Positions 8,283 through 20,300 of a stretch of 64,000 nucleotides of DNA are shown one piece after another; the first letter of the stretch is position 1; the number at the start of each line of letters is the position of its first letter. The notes below the pieces were generated by a model, which saw nothing but the letters and a program-made list of their open reading frames with translations, was not told the DNA's origin and did no database searches. The translations under genes were made by a program, and so were the position numbers. Source of the DNA: Microcella sp. (GTDB taxonomy: Bacteria > Actinomycetota > Actinomycetes > Actinomycetales > Microbacteriaceae). The stretch is taken from NCBI RefSeq assembly GCF_025808395.1, contig NZ_CP075524.1:2287990-2351989 (forward strand). The letters are read 5' to 3'.

Positions 8283-11200
8283 TCAGATCCTGATGCGCAT
8301 GCCTTGAGGCGTGGCGACGAAGCCTGCGGCCTGCAGGGCGTCGGCGAGGGGGGTGCCGAAGGCGCTCGCACCGTTCACCCGTTCGACCCGCAACGACCGC
8401 AGGCGAGCGCGCACGACACCCGCCAACTCGTGCGAGGCGGCGGCGAGCACCGCCGGTTCATCGGTGAAGGTCAGCACGCTCTTGCCGCCGCGCTCGAGAT
8501 AGATCGCCAGGTGTCCGTCGACGAGCACCACGAGGGCTCCGGCTTTGCGCCCGGGTCGGTGCGCTGTCGCCCCAGCGGCCGCGTCGGGCAGGGTCGCGGG
8601 CCACGGAAGCGCCGCGCCGTAGGGGTTGGCAGGGTCGGTCGCGGCGAGCACGAGGGGCGACAGTGCTGGAGCCGCATCCGCGTCCCGTGAGAACGTGCGC
8701 ACCCGGTCGACGGTCGCGGGCGTCGCGAACTGCGCCGCCCCGAGCCCTTCAACGACATAGCCGCGGCGCACTGAACCAGCCTCTTCCATGCGCGCGAGCA
8801 CCGAGTAGGCCAGCGCGAAGCCGCCGCGCAAACCCTCTGCCTGCACGGCTCCGCGGGTCACGACGCCGTGCCGCTCGATCAATCGATCGACTGCCGCGGT
8901 CGTGCGGCGGGTCGCGTCGCTCTCGCGGTCGGGCAGCAGCGACCAACGGCCGGCGACGGTGGGCGGCCCCGATGCGGCGACGGATGCTGGGCGCGCGTAC
9001 CCCCGGTAGGCACGCGAGCGGGGCGCAGGGCGGCGGGTGCTCGAGCCACCGCCCAGCGTTGCTCGCAGCGGCGCAAACGTGTCATTCGTAAGGTGCCCGG
9101 CCCAGACGAGTTGCCACAGTTCGTCGACGAGGCCTGCGTCGTCGGAGGCACCCTCGTCGGCGACCGCGCTCGCAAGCTGCCGAAAGAAGAAGCCGCCCCC
9201 GCCCGCGAGCGCGTCGAGAATGCGCTGCTGCCGAGCCGTGAGGTCGATGTCGTCGGGGTCGGTGAGGCTCAGGGGCGCGGTGCCTGCAAGGTGCAGGCTC
9301 ACCCAGCCGTCGTTACCGGGCAGGCTGCCCGCCCCCGCCCAGATGACGTCGCCGCTCGCACACAGCTCGTCGAGCCACGCGGGGGAGTACTCGCGCACAC
9401 GGCTCGGCAGCACGAGCGTCTCCCACGCGCTCGCTGCCAGCGCAGCCCCCTGCAACTGCTCGATGGCCTGCAGCACACCGTCGATGCCCTGCAGGCCGGG
9501 TCGGGGAGCCGACGAACTCGCCCCGGAACTCGCAGAACCAACGTTCTGCCACGACGGCAAGAATCTTCCCAGCGTGCCAGCGCTGACCGGCTCGATTTCG
9601 CGACGCAGGGCCGCGAGGCTGCGCGATCGCAAGCGGCGCAGCACCTCGGCATCGACCCATTCGGTGCCCGAGGCGCCCGGGCGAAACTCGCCCTCGATGA
9701 TGCGCCGGTCGGCAGCGAGCCGGCGCAGGGCATCCGTCGCGACGGCGACACCAACCCCGTAGCGGCTCGCCGCATCGCTCGCGGCGAAGGGCGTGTGGGT
9801 GCGGGCATAGCGCGCCATGAGGTCGCCGATGGGGTCGGGCACGGGGTCGAGGAAGGCGCTCGGCACACCGTGCGGGATCGGAGTGCCGAGCGCATCGCGT
9901 AGCCGCGCGGCATCTTCGACCACGGCCCACCGGGCGTCGCCCGCGATCGTGGCCGCGAAGACCCGGTTGGTGCGGGCGAGTTGCTCGAGCGCCGCCGTCA
10001 CGTCGACCTCGTCGAGAGTGCGGTCGTCGATCTCCGCGATGGTCAACGGCCCCAGGATGCGCAGCAGGTCGACGACCCCTTCGGCGTCACGCGCGCGGCG
10101 GTCGGGCGCGAGCCGCTGCAGCTCGGCCTCGGTCTGCTCGATGACGGCCGGGTCGAGCACTTCGCGCAGCTCGGCCCGGCCGAGCAGCTCGGCGAGCAGA
10201 GCCGGGTCGATGCTGAGGGCTGCTGCCCGACGCTCGGCGAGCGGGCTGTCCCCTTCGTAGAGAAACGCGGCGACGTAGCCGAACAGAAGGCTGCGCGCGA
10301 AGGGCGACGGCAGTTCGGTCTCGACCTCGATGATGCGGATGCTGCGCTGGGCGATGCTCGCGGCCACCTCGATGAGCGACGGCAGGTCGTAGACGTCGCT
10401 CAGCACCTCGCGCACGGTTTCGAGAATGATCGGAAAGTCAGGAAACTCCCGCGCAACTTCGAGCAGCTGGCTCGCCCGCTGGCGCTGCTGCCAGAGCGGA
10501 CTGCGTCGACCGGGGTCGCGGCGCGGCAGCAGCAGGGCGCGCGCGGCACACTCCCTGAAGCGGGCCGCGAACACCGCAGAGCCCCCGACCTCGGCCGTCA
10601 CGAGATCGTGTAGCTCGTCGGCCTCGAAGAGAAACAGCTCGGCACCCGGCGGCTGCGCATCAGTGTCGGGCAGCCGCACGACGATGCCGTCATCGGCCGC
10701 GACTGCGGCGCCGTCGTAGCCATAACGCTCACGGATGCGCGCCGTGATCGCGAGCGCCCACGGTGCGTACACGGCGAGGCCGTATGGCGAGTGCAGCACG
10801 ACGCGCCAGTCTCCGAGCTCGTCGCGGAACCGCTCGATGATGAGCGTCTGCTCGCTCGGCACCTGCCCGGTGGCAGCTGCCTGCTCGGTCAGAAGCGCCT
10901 CGAGGTTGGCGATCGCGCGGTCGTCGAGGCCCGCGGCGGCGAGGCGCTCGCGGCGGGCATCCGTCGACGCGGTAGCGAGCTCACGAGTCGTGCGCCCGAC
11001 CGCGCGGCCCAGCTCAGCGGGGCGGCCGAGGCCGTCGCCCTTCCAGAACGGCACCTTGCCGGGCTGGCCGTACGCGGGGGTCACGATGACCTGATCGTGC
11101 GTGATCTCCTGAATGCGCCAACTCGTCGTACCGAGCGCGAAGACGTCGCCGACGCGAGACTCGTAGACCATCTCTTCATCAAGCTCACCCACCCGCCGAC

Positions 11201-12866
11201 CCGCGCCCTCGCCCGCGATGAAGACGCCGAACAGGCCGCGGTCAGGAATCGTGCCGCCGCTCGTCACCGCGAGCCGTTGCGCACCGGGTCGACCGGTGAG
11301 GGTGCCTGAGACGCGATCCCACTCGATGCGTGGGCGCAGTTCGCTGAACCGGTCGCTCGGGTAACGGCCGCTCAGCAGGTCGAGCACGGCGTCGAAGGCG
11401 CTGCGGGGCAGGGCTGCAAACGGTGCCGCTCGACGAACCAGGTCGAACCACTGCTCGACGTCGCACGGTTCGAGCGCCACGTGGGCGACCGTCTGCTGCG
11501 CGAGAATATCGAGCGGGTTTGCGAGCACGCGCAGCTCTTCGATCAGCCCGGCGGTCATCCGCTCGCTCGTCACCGTGGCGTGCAGCACGTCGAGCCGGTG
11601 CTTCGGCACGAGCACACCGCAGCTGATCTCGCCGACCTGGTGCCCGGCGCGCCCGACGCGCTGCAGGCCGCTCGCCACGCTCGGCGGCGCTTCGACCTGA
11701 ATGACGAGGTCGACCGCCCCCATGTCGATGCCGAGTTCGAGGCTGCTCGTCGCGACGACGCAGCGCAGCCGCCCGGTCTTGAGAGCCTCTTCGATCTCAC
11801 CGCGCTGCTCTTTGCTCACCGAGCCGTGGTGGGCGCGGGCAAGCAAGGGCTCGGCGCCGCCGGTGGAACCAGCTTGGGCCATCATCGCCGCCGGGATGCT
11901 CGCCTCGGGCAGCTCGCCGCCCATGCGCAGGGTGTAGATCTCGTTGAGCCGCGCGGTCAAACGCTCAGCAAGCCGACGCGAGTTCGCGAACACGATCGTC
12001 GAGCGGTGCTGCAGCACGCGGTCGACAATGCTCTCTTCGACGTGCGGCCAGATGGAGGGGGTCGGTGGGGCGCCCGACGTCTCGAACGCATCGTCGCCGC
12101 CGATCACGGGTGGTTGCGTCATGTCGTCGACCGGCACGACGACGCTGAGGTCGAACGTCTTGGCGGCGGGCGGCTGCACGATCGCGACGGGCCGCCCGCC
12201 GCCGAGAAAGCGAGCGACCTCGTCGGGTGGGCGCACGGTCGCCGAGAGCCCGATGCGCTGGGCAGGGTGGGGCAGTCGAGCGTCGAGCCGCTCGAGCGTG
12301 AGCGCCAGGTGCGCACCGCGCTTCGTGCCGGCGACGGCGTGCACCTCGTCGACGATGACGGTCGTCACGCCGTCGAGCGTCTCGCGCGCGCTCGCCGTGA
12401 GCATGAGATACAGGCTTTCGGGAGTCGTGATCAAGATGTCGGGGGGCGTCTTCTGCAGGGCTCGGCGCTCGGCGCTCGGGGTGTCGCCGCTGCGCACGCC
12501 CACAGTGATCGTCGGAGCGGTGCCGCCGAGCCGCAGCGCCGTCTGCGTGATGCCGATGAGCGGCGAGCGCAGGTTGCGCTCGACGTCGACGCCGAGCGCC
12601 TTGAGTGGGCTGATGTAGAGCACGCGCGTGCGGTGGCGCGGGTCGTCTGGCGGCGGCTCGGTCGCGAGCCGATCGATCGACCATAGGAAGGCCGCGAGTG
12701 TCTTGCCCGAGCCGGTCGGGGCGATCACCAGTGCGTTGCCGCCCGTTGAGATCGACTGCCATGCGCCAAGCTGCGCGGGCGTCGGGGCCGCGAAGGCCCC
12801 GCCGAACCACTCACGAGTGGCGGGCGCGAAGCGACCCAGCACGTCGTCGGGGGCTGGCGAGGTCAT
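8283..12866 (-). CDS. lhr: Lhr family ATP-dependent DNA helicase (large helicase-related)
   Basis: 1527 aa with Walker A APTGSGKTLAAF, a DEVH box (VIVDEVHAV), and the long C-terminal extension typical of full-length Lhr. Confidence 0.9.
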   Translation of the reverse strand: MTSPAPDDVLGRFAPATREWFGGAFAAPTPAQLGAWQSISTGGNALVIAPTGSGKTLAAFLWSIDRLATEPPPDDPRHRTRVLYISPLKALGVDVERNLRSPLIGITQTALRLGGTAPTITVGVRSGDTPSAERRALQKTPPDILITTPESLYLMLTASARETLDGVTTVIVDEVHAVAGTKRGAHLALTLERLDARLPHPAQRIGLSATVRPPDEVARFLGGGRPVAIVQPPAAKTFDLSVVVPVDDMTQPPVIGGDDAFETSGAPPTPSIWPHVEESIVDRVLQHRSTIVFANSRRLAERLTARLNEIYTLRMGGELPEASIPAAMMAQAGSTGGAEPLLARAHHGSVSKEQRGEIEEALKTGRLRCVVATSSLELGIDMGAVDLVIQVEAPPSVASGLQRVGRAGHQVGEISCGVLVPKHRLDVLHATVTSERMTAGLIEELRVLANPLDILAQQTVAHVALEPCDVEQWFDLVRRAAPFAALPRSAFDAVLDLLSGRYPSDRFSELRPRIEWDRVSGTLTGRPGAQRLAVTSGGTIPDRGLFGVFIAGEGAGRRVGELDEEMVYESRVGDVFALGTTSWRIQEITHDQVIVTPAYGQPGKVPFWKGDGLGRPAELGRAVGRTTRELATASTDARRERLAAAGLDDRAIANLEALLTEQAAATGQVPSEQTLIIERFRDELGDWRVVLHSPYGLAVYAPWALAITARIRERYGYDGAAVAADDGIVVRLPDTDAQPPGAELFLFEADELHDLVTAEVGGSAVFAARFRECAARALLLPRRDPGRRSPLWQQRQRASQLLEVAREFPDFPIILETVREVLSDVYDLPSLIEVAASIAQRSIRIIEVETELPSPFARSLLFGYVAAFLYEGDSPLAERRAAALSIDPALLAELLGRAELREVLDPAVIEQTEAELQRLAPDRRARDAEGVVDLLRILGPLTIAEIDDRTLDEVDVTAALEQLARTNRVFAATIAGDARWAVVEDAARLRDALGTPIPHGVPSAFLDPVPDPIGDLMARYARTHTPFAASDAASRYGVGVAVATDALRRLAADRRIIEGEFRPGASGTEWVDAEVLRRLRSRSLAALRREIEPVSAGTLGRFLPSWQNVGSASSGASSSAPRPGLQGIDGVLQAIEQLQGAALAASAWETLVLPSRVREYSPAWLDELCASGDVIWAGAGSLPGNDGWVSLHLAGTAPLSLTDPDDIDLTARQQRILDALAGGGGFFFRQLASAVADEGASDDAGLVDELWQLVWAGHLTNDTFAPLRATLGGGSSTRRPAPRSRAYRGYARPASVAASGPPTVAGRWSLLPDRESDATRRTTAAVDRLIERHGVVTRGAVQAEGLRGGFALAYSVLARMEEAGSVRRGYVVEGLGAAQFATPATVDRVRTFSRDADAAPALSPLVLAATDPANPYGAALPWPATLPDAAAGATAHRPGRKAGALVVLVDGHLAIYLERGGKSVLTFTDEPAVLAAASHELAGVVRARLRSLRVERVNGASAFGTPLADALQAAGFVATPQGMRIRI

Positions 12867-12901
12867 CCCCTCATTCTCGTCCCGCTCACTGACAGCCCGC
12901 C

Positions 12902-13546
12902 TCAGGGGTACTGCTCGCGCATGAAGGTGAGCACGTCGGCGAGCTCAGCCTCGCTGACCGCGTGCTCGAGCCCTTCGTAGATGCGTTCAGTGAGAGTCGC
13001 GTGGTGTGGCAGCCAACGTTGCGTGGCCGTCACGAATGAGTCGGGAATCACCGTGTCATGCGTGCCGCGCCCCCAAAACACCGGCGGAGCGAGTTCGCTC
13101 AGCCGGGCATCCGCCGGCGCTGGCCCTGGCACAACGAACCCCGCCAACGAGACGGCGAACGCGAATCGTTCGGGGGCGTGCCGCATGAGTTGGATGCTCA
13201 TCGCACCGCCCTGCGAGAAACCCAGCAGCCCGACCGACGTCGCTTGCACGCTGTCAAGCCAGTGCAGCACTCCTCGCGCGGCAGCGTTGGCACCGTCGGA
13301 TCTGCTCTCGTTGCTCGCGCCCTCAAGGTCGTACCAGGCGTAGCCGGGGCCCGCGCGCAGGGGAGCGCGCAGTGATGCGATGACGGGTTGCAGCGGCAGA
13401 TGGGGTGCAAGCCCGAACAGGTCTCCTTCGTGCGAGCCATAACCGTGCAGCAGCACGAGCAAGGGTCGGTCGGCGCGCTCTGACTCTGGAGCCGACCACA
13501 GCACGGCGGTCTCGTCGATCAACTGCATTTCAGTCATGCCCTCCAT
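12902..13546 (-). CDS. alpha/beta hydrolase, phospholipase/carboxylesterase family
   Basis: It has LLVLLHGYGSHE, the nucleophile elbow GFSQGG, and a late GTHD motif. 214 aa. Confidence 0.7.
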   Translation of the reverse strand: MEGMTEMQLIDETAVLWSAPESERADRPLLVLLHGYGSHEGDLFGLAPHLPLQPVIASLRAPLRAGPGYAWYDLEGASNESRSDGANAAARGVLHWLDSVQATSVGLLGFSQGGAMSIQLMRHAPERFAFAVSLAGFVVPGPAPADARLSELAPPVFWGRGTHDTVIPDSFVTATQRWLPHHATLTERIYEGLEHAVSEAELADVLTFMREQYP

Positions 13547-13592
13547 CGTGTCAGGTGCCCCAGGTCACCGCCCGAACGGTGACAATGGAGCC

Positions 13593-14135
13593 ATGGCTTC
13601 TGTGCGCACTCCCGACCCGAACCCGGGCTGGCTCTCTGACGAAGAGCTCGAGCAGATCCGTCAGCGCTTGCCGCTGGTCTATGTGGAGGCCGTGCCCGTT
13701 CGCGTCGACGGCATGGGGTCGGTGACCGAGGTCGGAGTGCTGCTGCGGGTGAACCCGGCGGGCAGCATGACGCGCACGCTCGTGAGCGGTCGCGTCATGC
13801 ACGGTGAGACGTTGCGCGACGCCCTGTTTCGGCACTTGGAGAAAGACTTGGGGCCGATGGCGTTTCCGCAGCTGCCGCCGTCGCCGACCCCCTTCTCGGT
13901 GGCCGAGTACTTTCCGTTTCCGAGCCCAACGCGCTTCAGCGACGATCGGCAGCACGCCGTGGCGCTCGCGTATGTGGTGCCGGTGACGGGCACGTGCGAA
14001 CCGCGACAGGATGCCCTCGAGCTCACTTGGATGACCCCCGACGAGGCAGCATCGCAGCGCGTCGCCGATGAGCTCGAGGGCGGTCGTGGAGCACTGCTGC
14101 GCGCTGGGCTCGCCTCGGTGGGCGTGCTGCCGTAG
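13593..14135 (+). CDS. NUDIX-fold-like protein (DUF4916-like)
   Basis: ORF 13536..14135 trimmed to ATG 13593. The layout VYVEAVPVRVDG...VGVLLR...GRVMHGETLRDALFRHLEKDLG resembles a degenerate Nudix box. The family call is from memory. Confidence 0.5.
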   Translation: MASVRTPDPNPGWLSDEELEQIRQRLPLVYVEAVPVRVDGMGSVTEVGVLLRVNPAGSMTRTLVSGRVMHGETLRDALFRHLEKDLGPMAFPQLPPSPTPFSVAEYFPFPSPTRFSDDRQHAVALAYVVPVTGTCEPRQDALELTWMTPDEAASQRVADELEGGRGALLRAGLASVGVLP

Positions 14136-14343
14136 TCACGGGTCTCGACCTCGCCACGAGGCGAAAGTGAAACTCTTTGCCCCCCGAAGTGGGGCGCAAA
14201 TGACCCCCTCGTGGGGTACGGTTCGCGGCGCGCCTTCGCCCTAGATTGAAGAGTGTTCGCGGTAAGGCGAACAGTCTTCACGTCGCTCGCACGGGGTGCT
14301 CCCACCATCCTGACGGGCCGACACCCGGGGGGAACACCGCATC

Positions 14344-17300
14344 ATGAGTCTGTCGTCATCGCACCGCCGCCGAAGCCGGCGCTTCGTTCCCGGGGTGGCC
14401 GTCGTGGCCCTCGTGACCCTGTTCTCTCCGTTCATCGCGTTCCAGCCCGCGACGGCAGGCGAAGGCGACCCAGACGAGCCGGTGCTGATCCAGTTCGAGA
14501 AGGACGCGATTCCCGCAGCACCGACCGCCGTCGGCCCCGGCCAGACCGTCACCTATCAGTTCACGATCAACTGCTCCTCGCTCGAGACCGACTGCCTCGA
14601 CCTGACGCTCGCCGACTCGGTTCCTGCTCCGCTCGTGCTGCAGTCGGTGACGATGGCAACGCAGAACCCGCCGATCGACATCCAGATCACCGGCAACGAC
14701 TTCACGGTCGAGGTGGTCGACGACCTCGGCGGCGGCGCCACCGGCATGCAAGCGGGAACCGGCGTGCAGCTCAACGCCACCGCGACCGTGCCCGCAAACC
14801 TCTCCGCTGACTTCGACGGCACCACTCTCGTGAACACCGCGGTCGTGACGGTGTCGAATCGTGCCGACCTCACGCTCGATCCTCCGCGACCCAACGTGGT
14901 CGAATCGAGCGCCGAGGTGCTGCTCGCCGTGCCGCGGGTGCTCGGCTCGAATACCACGAAAGACGTCACCCCCGCGACGAGCCCCGCAGTGCAGGGCCGC
15001 TCGGTCGCTTTCGCTCTCGGCGCCACCAACACCAGCAACGGCTCGGTCGACGAGCTCGTCATGCAAGAGCCGGCCGACCCTTCGTCGTCGATCCTCACCT
15101 ACGTCGAGATCACCGGGCTCAGCGGCCTCAGCCTGCCGGCGGGGGCCAACCGGGTGCGGGTCGACTGGTTCGACGGCGCCGACTGGAACGTCGGCACGCC
15201 CGCCGCCTCGGCCGCTCTGCCGCCGGGCGTCGACACGGCCGACCTGCGCGGCCTGCGGTTCGTCTTCACCTCGACGACGGGGCGCGTCGATCGCGGCGCG
15301 ACCGCCGCGATCACGATCGAAGGCGAGTTGACGTCGACGGCGGCGGCAGTGCCGTCGACCCTGACCGTCACGAACACGGCGAGCTCGTGGGTGCGCTTCG
15401 GCGACGACTCGACCACGCCGGTTCTCGCCGCCGACACCATTCGCCTCGACCCGACGAGCGTGTCGCCCGTTGCCTCGAAGCAGTTCGAGAACTCGTACGT
15501 CATCGGCGGCGTGCTCGAGCGCGTCACCATCGGCGGGCAGAACGGCGGAGACTTTCCCCTCAAAGAGATGACGCTCACCGAGCCCGCCCCGGGCTCGACG
15601 TCGCTCGCCGGCCAAGGGTTGAGCTTCGACGGCTGGGTCACCGCCGACATCGAGTGGCCCGTCGGTGCGACCAGTGCCGAGGTCAGCTACTGGTACGAAG
15701 GCGATGCCGACTTCAGCGCCCCGGTCACCACCACGACGGTCGACACGATTCCAGCCCCGGTGGATGCCGAGCTCGTGCAGAGCATCCGGGTCAGGTTCAT
15801 CAGCACCCTGCCGGGGGGCATGGCGCCCGGCCAGTACGCCTCGCTGCCGTTCCGCGTGCTCACCGGCACCGTCGAGACCGACGTCACCACGGTCAACCAG
15901 GTTCGCGTCGACGTCGTGACCCTCGACGACCAGACCGGCACGGCGCTCGCCTCAGACGATCTGACCCGCCGAACCTCTCGAGTGAACACGCTCGCGAACA
16001 AGACGATCACTCCAGACACTCTCTACGGTGTCGAAGGGGCCACGACGCTGATCTCGCTGCCGAGCAGCATCACGCCTCTGCCCACCTCGGCGGTCGACCC
16101 CACCTCATCGACGGTCGGTTCGGTCTCGCTCGTCATCACCGACCCGGTCGACAGCGCCGCCGACGAGTTCTGGAACCACTTCGACCTCACCAACATCGTC
16201 GCGACGGCGGTGCCGGCGAACACGACGCTGACCGTGGAGTACTTCACGGGCTCTGAGTGGCTCGTGCTGCCCGGTGCCGACGCGCTGCTCGGCCCGACCT
16301 TCTTGAACACGACCATCAGCGGGTCGTTGCGCGAGCAGATCTCGGCGATCAGGTTCACGTACCAGCACCGAGACTTCGAGACCCTCGGCACGCTGCTCAA
16401 CCCCGGCTTCACCGTGCAGCCGAACCTGCGTTTCGCTCTGCGCGACGAGTTGCGCGACGGCACCGGCGACGCCGCATCGGCGACGCGCACCGAGTCGATC
16501 GAGCTGACCAACACGGTGTCGACCGCCGTCACGAACCCCGTCGCGACGCCGCCCGAGGCCACCGACGATGCCGTCGCCTCGATCGAGCTGCTGCCCACCA
16601 ACGATGGCTCCGGTGGTGGCACAGGCAACATCTCGGCGATCTCGAAAGACTGGCAGCCGGTGCCGAGCACGGGCTTCGAGGCCGTGAATGCTCGCAGCGG
16701 CGAGCAGGCGACGGCGCGCATCCGGTGGGGCACCGCCGGCACCACCTTCCACACGGTCGTGCTTTCTGACACCGCATCTGACCCCGCCACGACGCCGGTC
16801 GGGCAGACCGTCTTCGAGGCGTTCAACCTGGTGCGCATTCCCGCGATCACGAGCGGAGTGGATTCGCGCCTCACGTTCGACCGAGTGGCGGCCGTGCAGC
16901 TCTACATTCCCGGTAGCGGCTGGGTCGACGCGAGCGGCAGCCCGTGCCCCGCGAGCTGCGACGGCACCTTCCCCGGCTACACACTCACCACAGCCGAGCG
17001 CACCACCGCCACAGGTGTGCGCCTCATCATCGAAGAGAGCCCCACGCGTGCCGCCCGCATCGGCACGAACCCCGCCGCACCTCCCGTCGGGTCGGGAGTC
17101 GCCGCGTCGATGAACCTCGACCGGCGGTTCGATCTGGTCTTCGAGGTGCGCGACGTGCGCCGCTCTGACCCCTCGGTTGCTGTGCTCGGCAGCACGCGCG
17201 AGGCGCTCTACAACACGGGGTCGTTCGGTGTCGTCAACAACACCGTGCGCTTCGACGGTCGAGACGCCGACAACGCCGTGGTGCTCACCCGCACCTCGGC

Positions 17301-20300
17301 TGACTCGATCCAGATCTTCGACCAGCCGCTGACGATCGAGGTGACGAAGACCTGGGTCGACGGACCCCTCGGCACCCCGCCCGACGGAACGCCTCAAGAG
17401 TTCTATCCACGAGCACGCATGACCATCGAGGCAGAGAACACCTCGGTCTCGCGGGTCGACGAGTTGTCGATTCTCGACCCCGTCGCGGGCACAGACCCGT
17501 TCGACGCCGTCAACCTCTTCGACATCGTGTCGCTCACCGTGCCCTCGGGCGCCACCGACACGGTCGTCATTCTCGAGCGCGAGTCGGGCGACTTCGACTC
17601 ATTCACCCGCACTGCCGCCCTGGCCTTGATGGCCTCGCAGCTTGCCGACGTCGTCGGCATCGAGGTCGTGCACACCGGACGCATCGACGTGCAGGCGACG
17701 ACGCGCCTCGTCGTCGACACGCAGTTGCGAGAGTTCTTGCGCAGCGCCCCCGCCACTCGAGTGACCGCCGCCACCAGCGCCTTCGTGCCCAACACCGTGC
17801 GAGCGACCATCAGTGATCCTGGTGGACTCACCCAGCCGCCCGAGGGGCAGTCGAACAACACCCTCATCGCGCAGGCGACCGCCAGCGTGTCGGTCGAGAA
17901 CCTGTCATACGGAGTCACTGCCACCAAGGGCATCCAGGCCGACACCACGGCGACGATCACGGTGCCCGCCACCCAGTTCGAGGGCAACTCGCGCATCGCG
18001 ACGGTCACCCTCACCGGTCAGCCGTCGGGCAACGTGCGGTCGACCGACATGGTGTTCGAAGACCTCACCCCCTCGTTCTGGAACGCCTACAACTTCACCG
18101 GCTTCGGCTCGCACTCGTTCGCCAGCCCGCTCAACCGCGTGAAGGTCGACGTGCTCATCGGGGTCGACTACGTCATCGACGGCAGCGGCGGCATCACAGC
18201 AGAGTGCGGCGGTTCGGCCGTGCTCGACGACTGCTGGGTCGAGGGTGCCTTCGGCTCGACTCTGACGCTGCCGACGCTGCCCCCCGGGGCCGTCACCGCT
18301 GACATCCGCGGCGTGCGGTTCCACTACACGCGGGCCGACGGTGCCGCATGGGAGCGGCCGTTCAACCCCCTCCAGACCGTGCGCTTCACGGTGACGCGGC
18401 GCGATCTGCTGGTCGAGCCGAGCGACCAGCCCGTGCCGTCGACGCTCTACATCTATGACGAGCCGGCACCGGGCGAGTCGCAGATCGGCATCTTCACGAA
18501 CGACGTCACGGTCACGTCGTGGGCAGATGATGGCTCGGATGCTCCGCTCTGGCAGGCCACCGCCGACGACACCCGGCAGATCCTCTTCCAGCACCGGCCG
18601 GCGAAGGTTCGCGTCATCAAGACCCCGTTCGGCCCGCTCACTCTGGGCGCCCCGATTCCCTATGAGATCGAGGTGCGCAACCTGGGCACCGGTCACGACA
18701 AAGACCTCGCCGAGCTGCAGATCGTCGACCTCATCCCCGTCGACCTCAGCGGGCCGATGCTCGTGCTCGGCATCGACCCCGAGACGGGCGTCAGCTACCT
18801 GCCCGAAGACCTCATCAGCCTCTCGCTCGTGAACACCTCGGGCACGGCAGTGGCTGCCCCATCGTTTACGGCGGTGCTCGGCGCGAGCGGCCCGGGCGGG
18901 CAGGCGCTGACGATCACCCCCGACCCGGCCTTCGTGCTGCCGAAGGGGTGGACCTTGACGATCAAGGCGCCGCTGCTGTTCCGGCAGTTCCTCGAAGCGG
19001 GCTCCGAGTCGAGCAACTTCGTGCTCAACAGCGCGATCGTCACGAGCGACCAAGAGTTCGACCGCTGCGAGTACTCGACGAACGGTGCTCTCGAACTCGA
19101 CCCCCAGCTGTTCGTGAGCAGCTGCACCGCGACCACGAAGGTCTGGGCCCTGCCGAGCGCACCGATGAACATCGTCAAGGGCGTCAAGGGCGTTGAAGCG
19201 GGCCCGCTCGACCTCGACGGCAACCTCATCATCGACCCCGACACGGGGCTGCCGTTCGACGACCTCGGGGTGATCCGCACCGTCAACAACGGCATCGACT
19301 GCAGCGCGCCGACGCTCGATGTCGACGGCACCGACTACTACCGCTACCCATGCGTGCCGATCACTCGACCCGGCGGCACCGAAGAGTGGGTGGGCAACTT
19401 CTTCAACGCGGGCAACGTGCGCGTCTTCGAGGTCGTGGCGATCGATGTGCTGCCGCGCCAGAACGACCGAGGCGTCATCATCAACGACGCGCGCTCGTCG
19501 CGCTGGGCCCCGGTGCTCACCGAGCGCCCGCGGCTGGTCGGCTGGCCAGACGAGGCGCTCACGGTGTACTACACCGACCGTCTCGACCTGGCGACCCCGC
19601 AGTGCAACGGCGCAGACATCCAGTTCGAGCTGGGCATGAACGCGAGCTCGACCCCGCCGATGGTGCAGTCGTATCTGCCGTGCATCACGAGCGGTAGCCC
19701 GGGTGGCCTGCCTGATCGTGCTGACCCCATCACGGGGTGGAAGGTCATGCCGTCGGCCCCCGACGCCGCGCTGCTCGAGAGCGTCATCGCCCTCAAGTTC
19801 GTCGTCGACTTCACCGTCGGTGTCGACGTCGCAGACCACGGTCTGGTGCCGGGCGACGACATCTCGATCGTCTACCGGTCGCAGACCGCCTCTGAGCCCG
19901 TGCTGCGAGAGACCAACGCGAACCTCGCGCGCGACTCGATCGCCTACAACTCGATCGCGGGTGCCGCTCGCGGCCGTGACGGAGACAACGACCTGCCCTA
20001 CCGGTTCGTCACCGAGCCTCGTAAGGTCGGCGTCGCCCTCGCGACCGGCGCGATCGACCTCGCCAAGGTCGTCGACGGCGCCGCGGCGGCGTTCGCTCCT
20101 GCGACCTTCGCGATCGACGTCGCGTGCTCAGTCGACGGAGAGCCGATCTCGCTGCTCGACAGCGCCGGCAACAACCGTTCGCCGTTCACCCTCACCGGCA
20201 ATGCGGCGTCGACGCGCATCCTCGGCATCCCCCTCTACGCAGAGTGCGACATCACCGAGGTCGGCACCACCGGTGCCACGACCACGGCAGCGCTGCCGCA

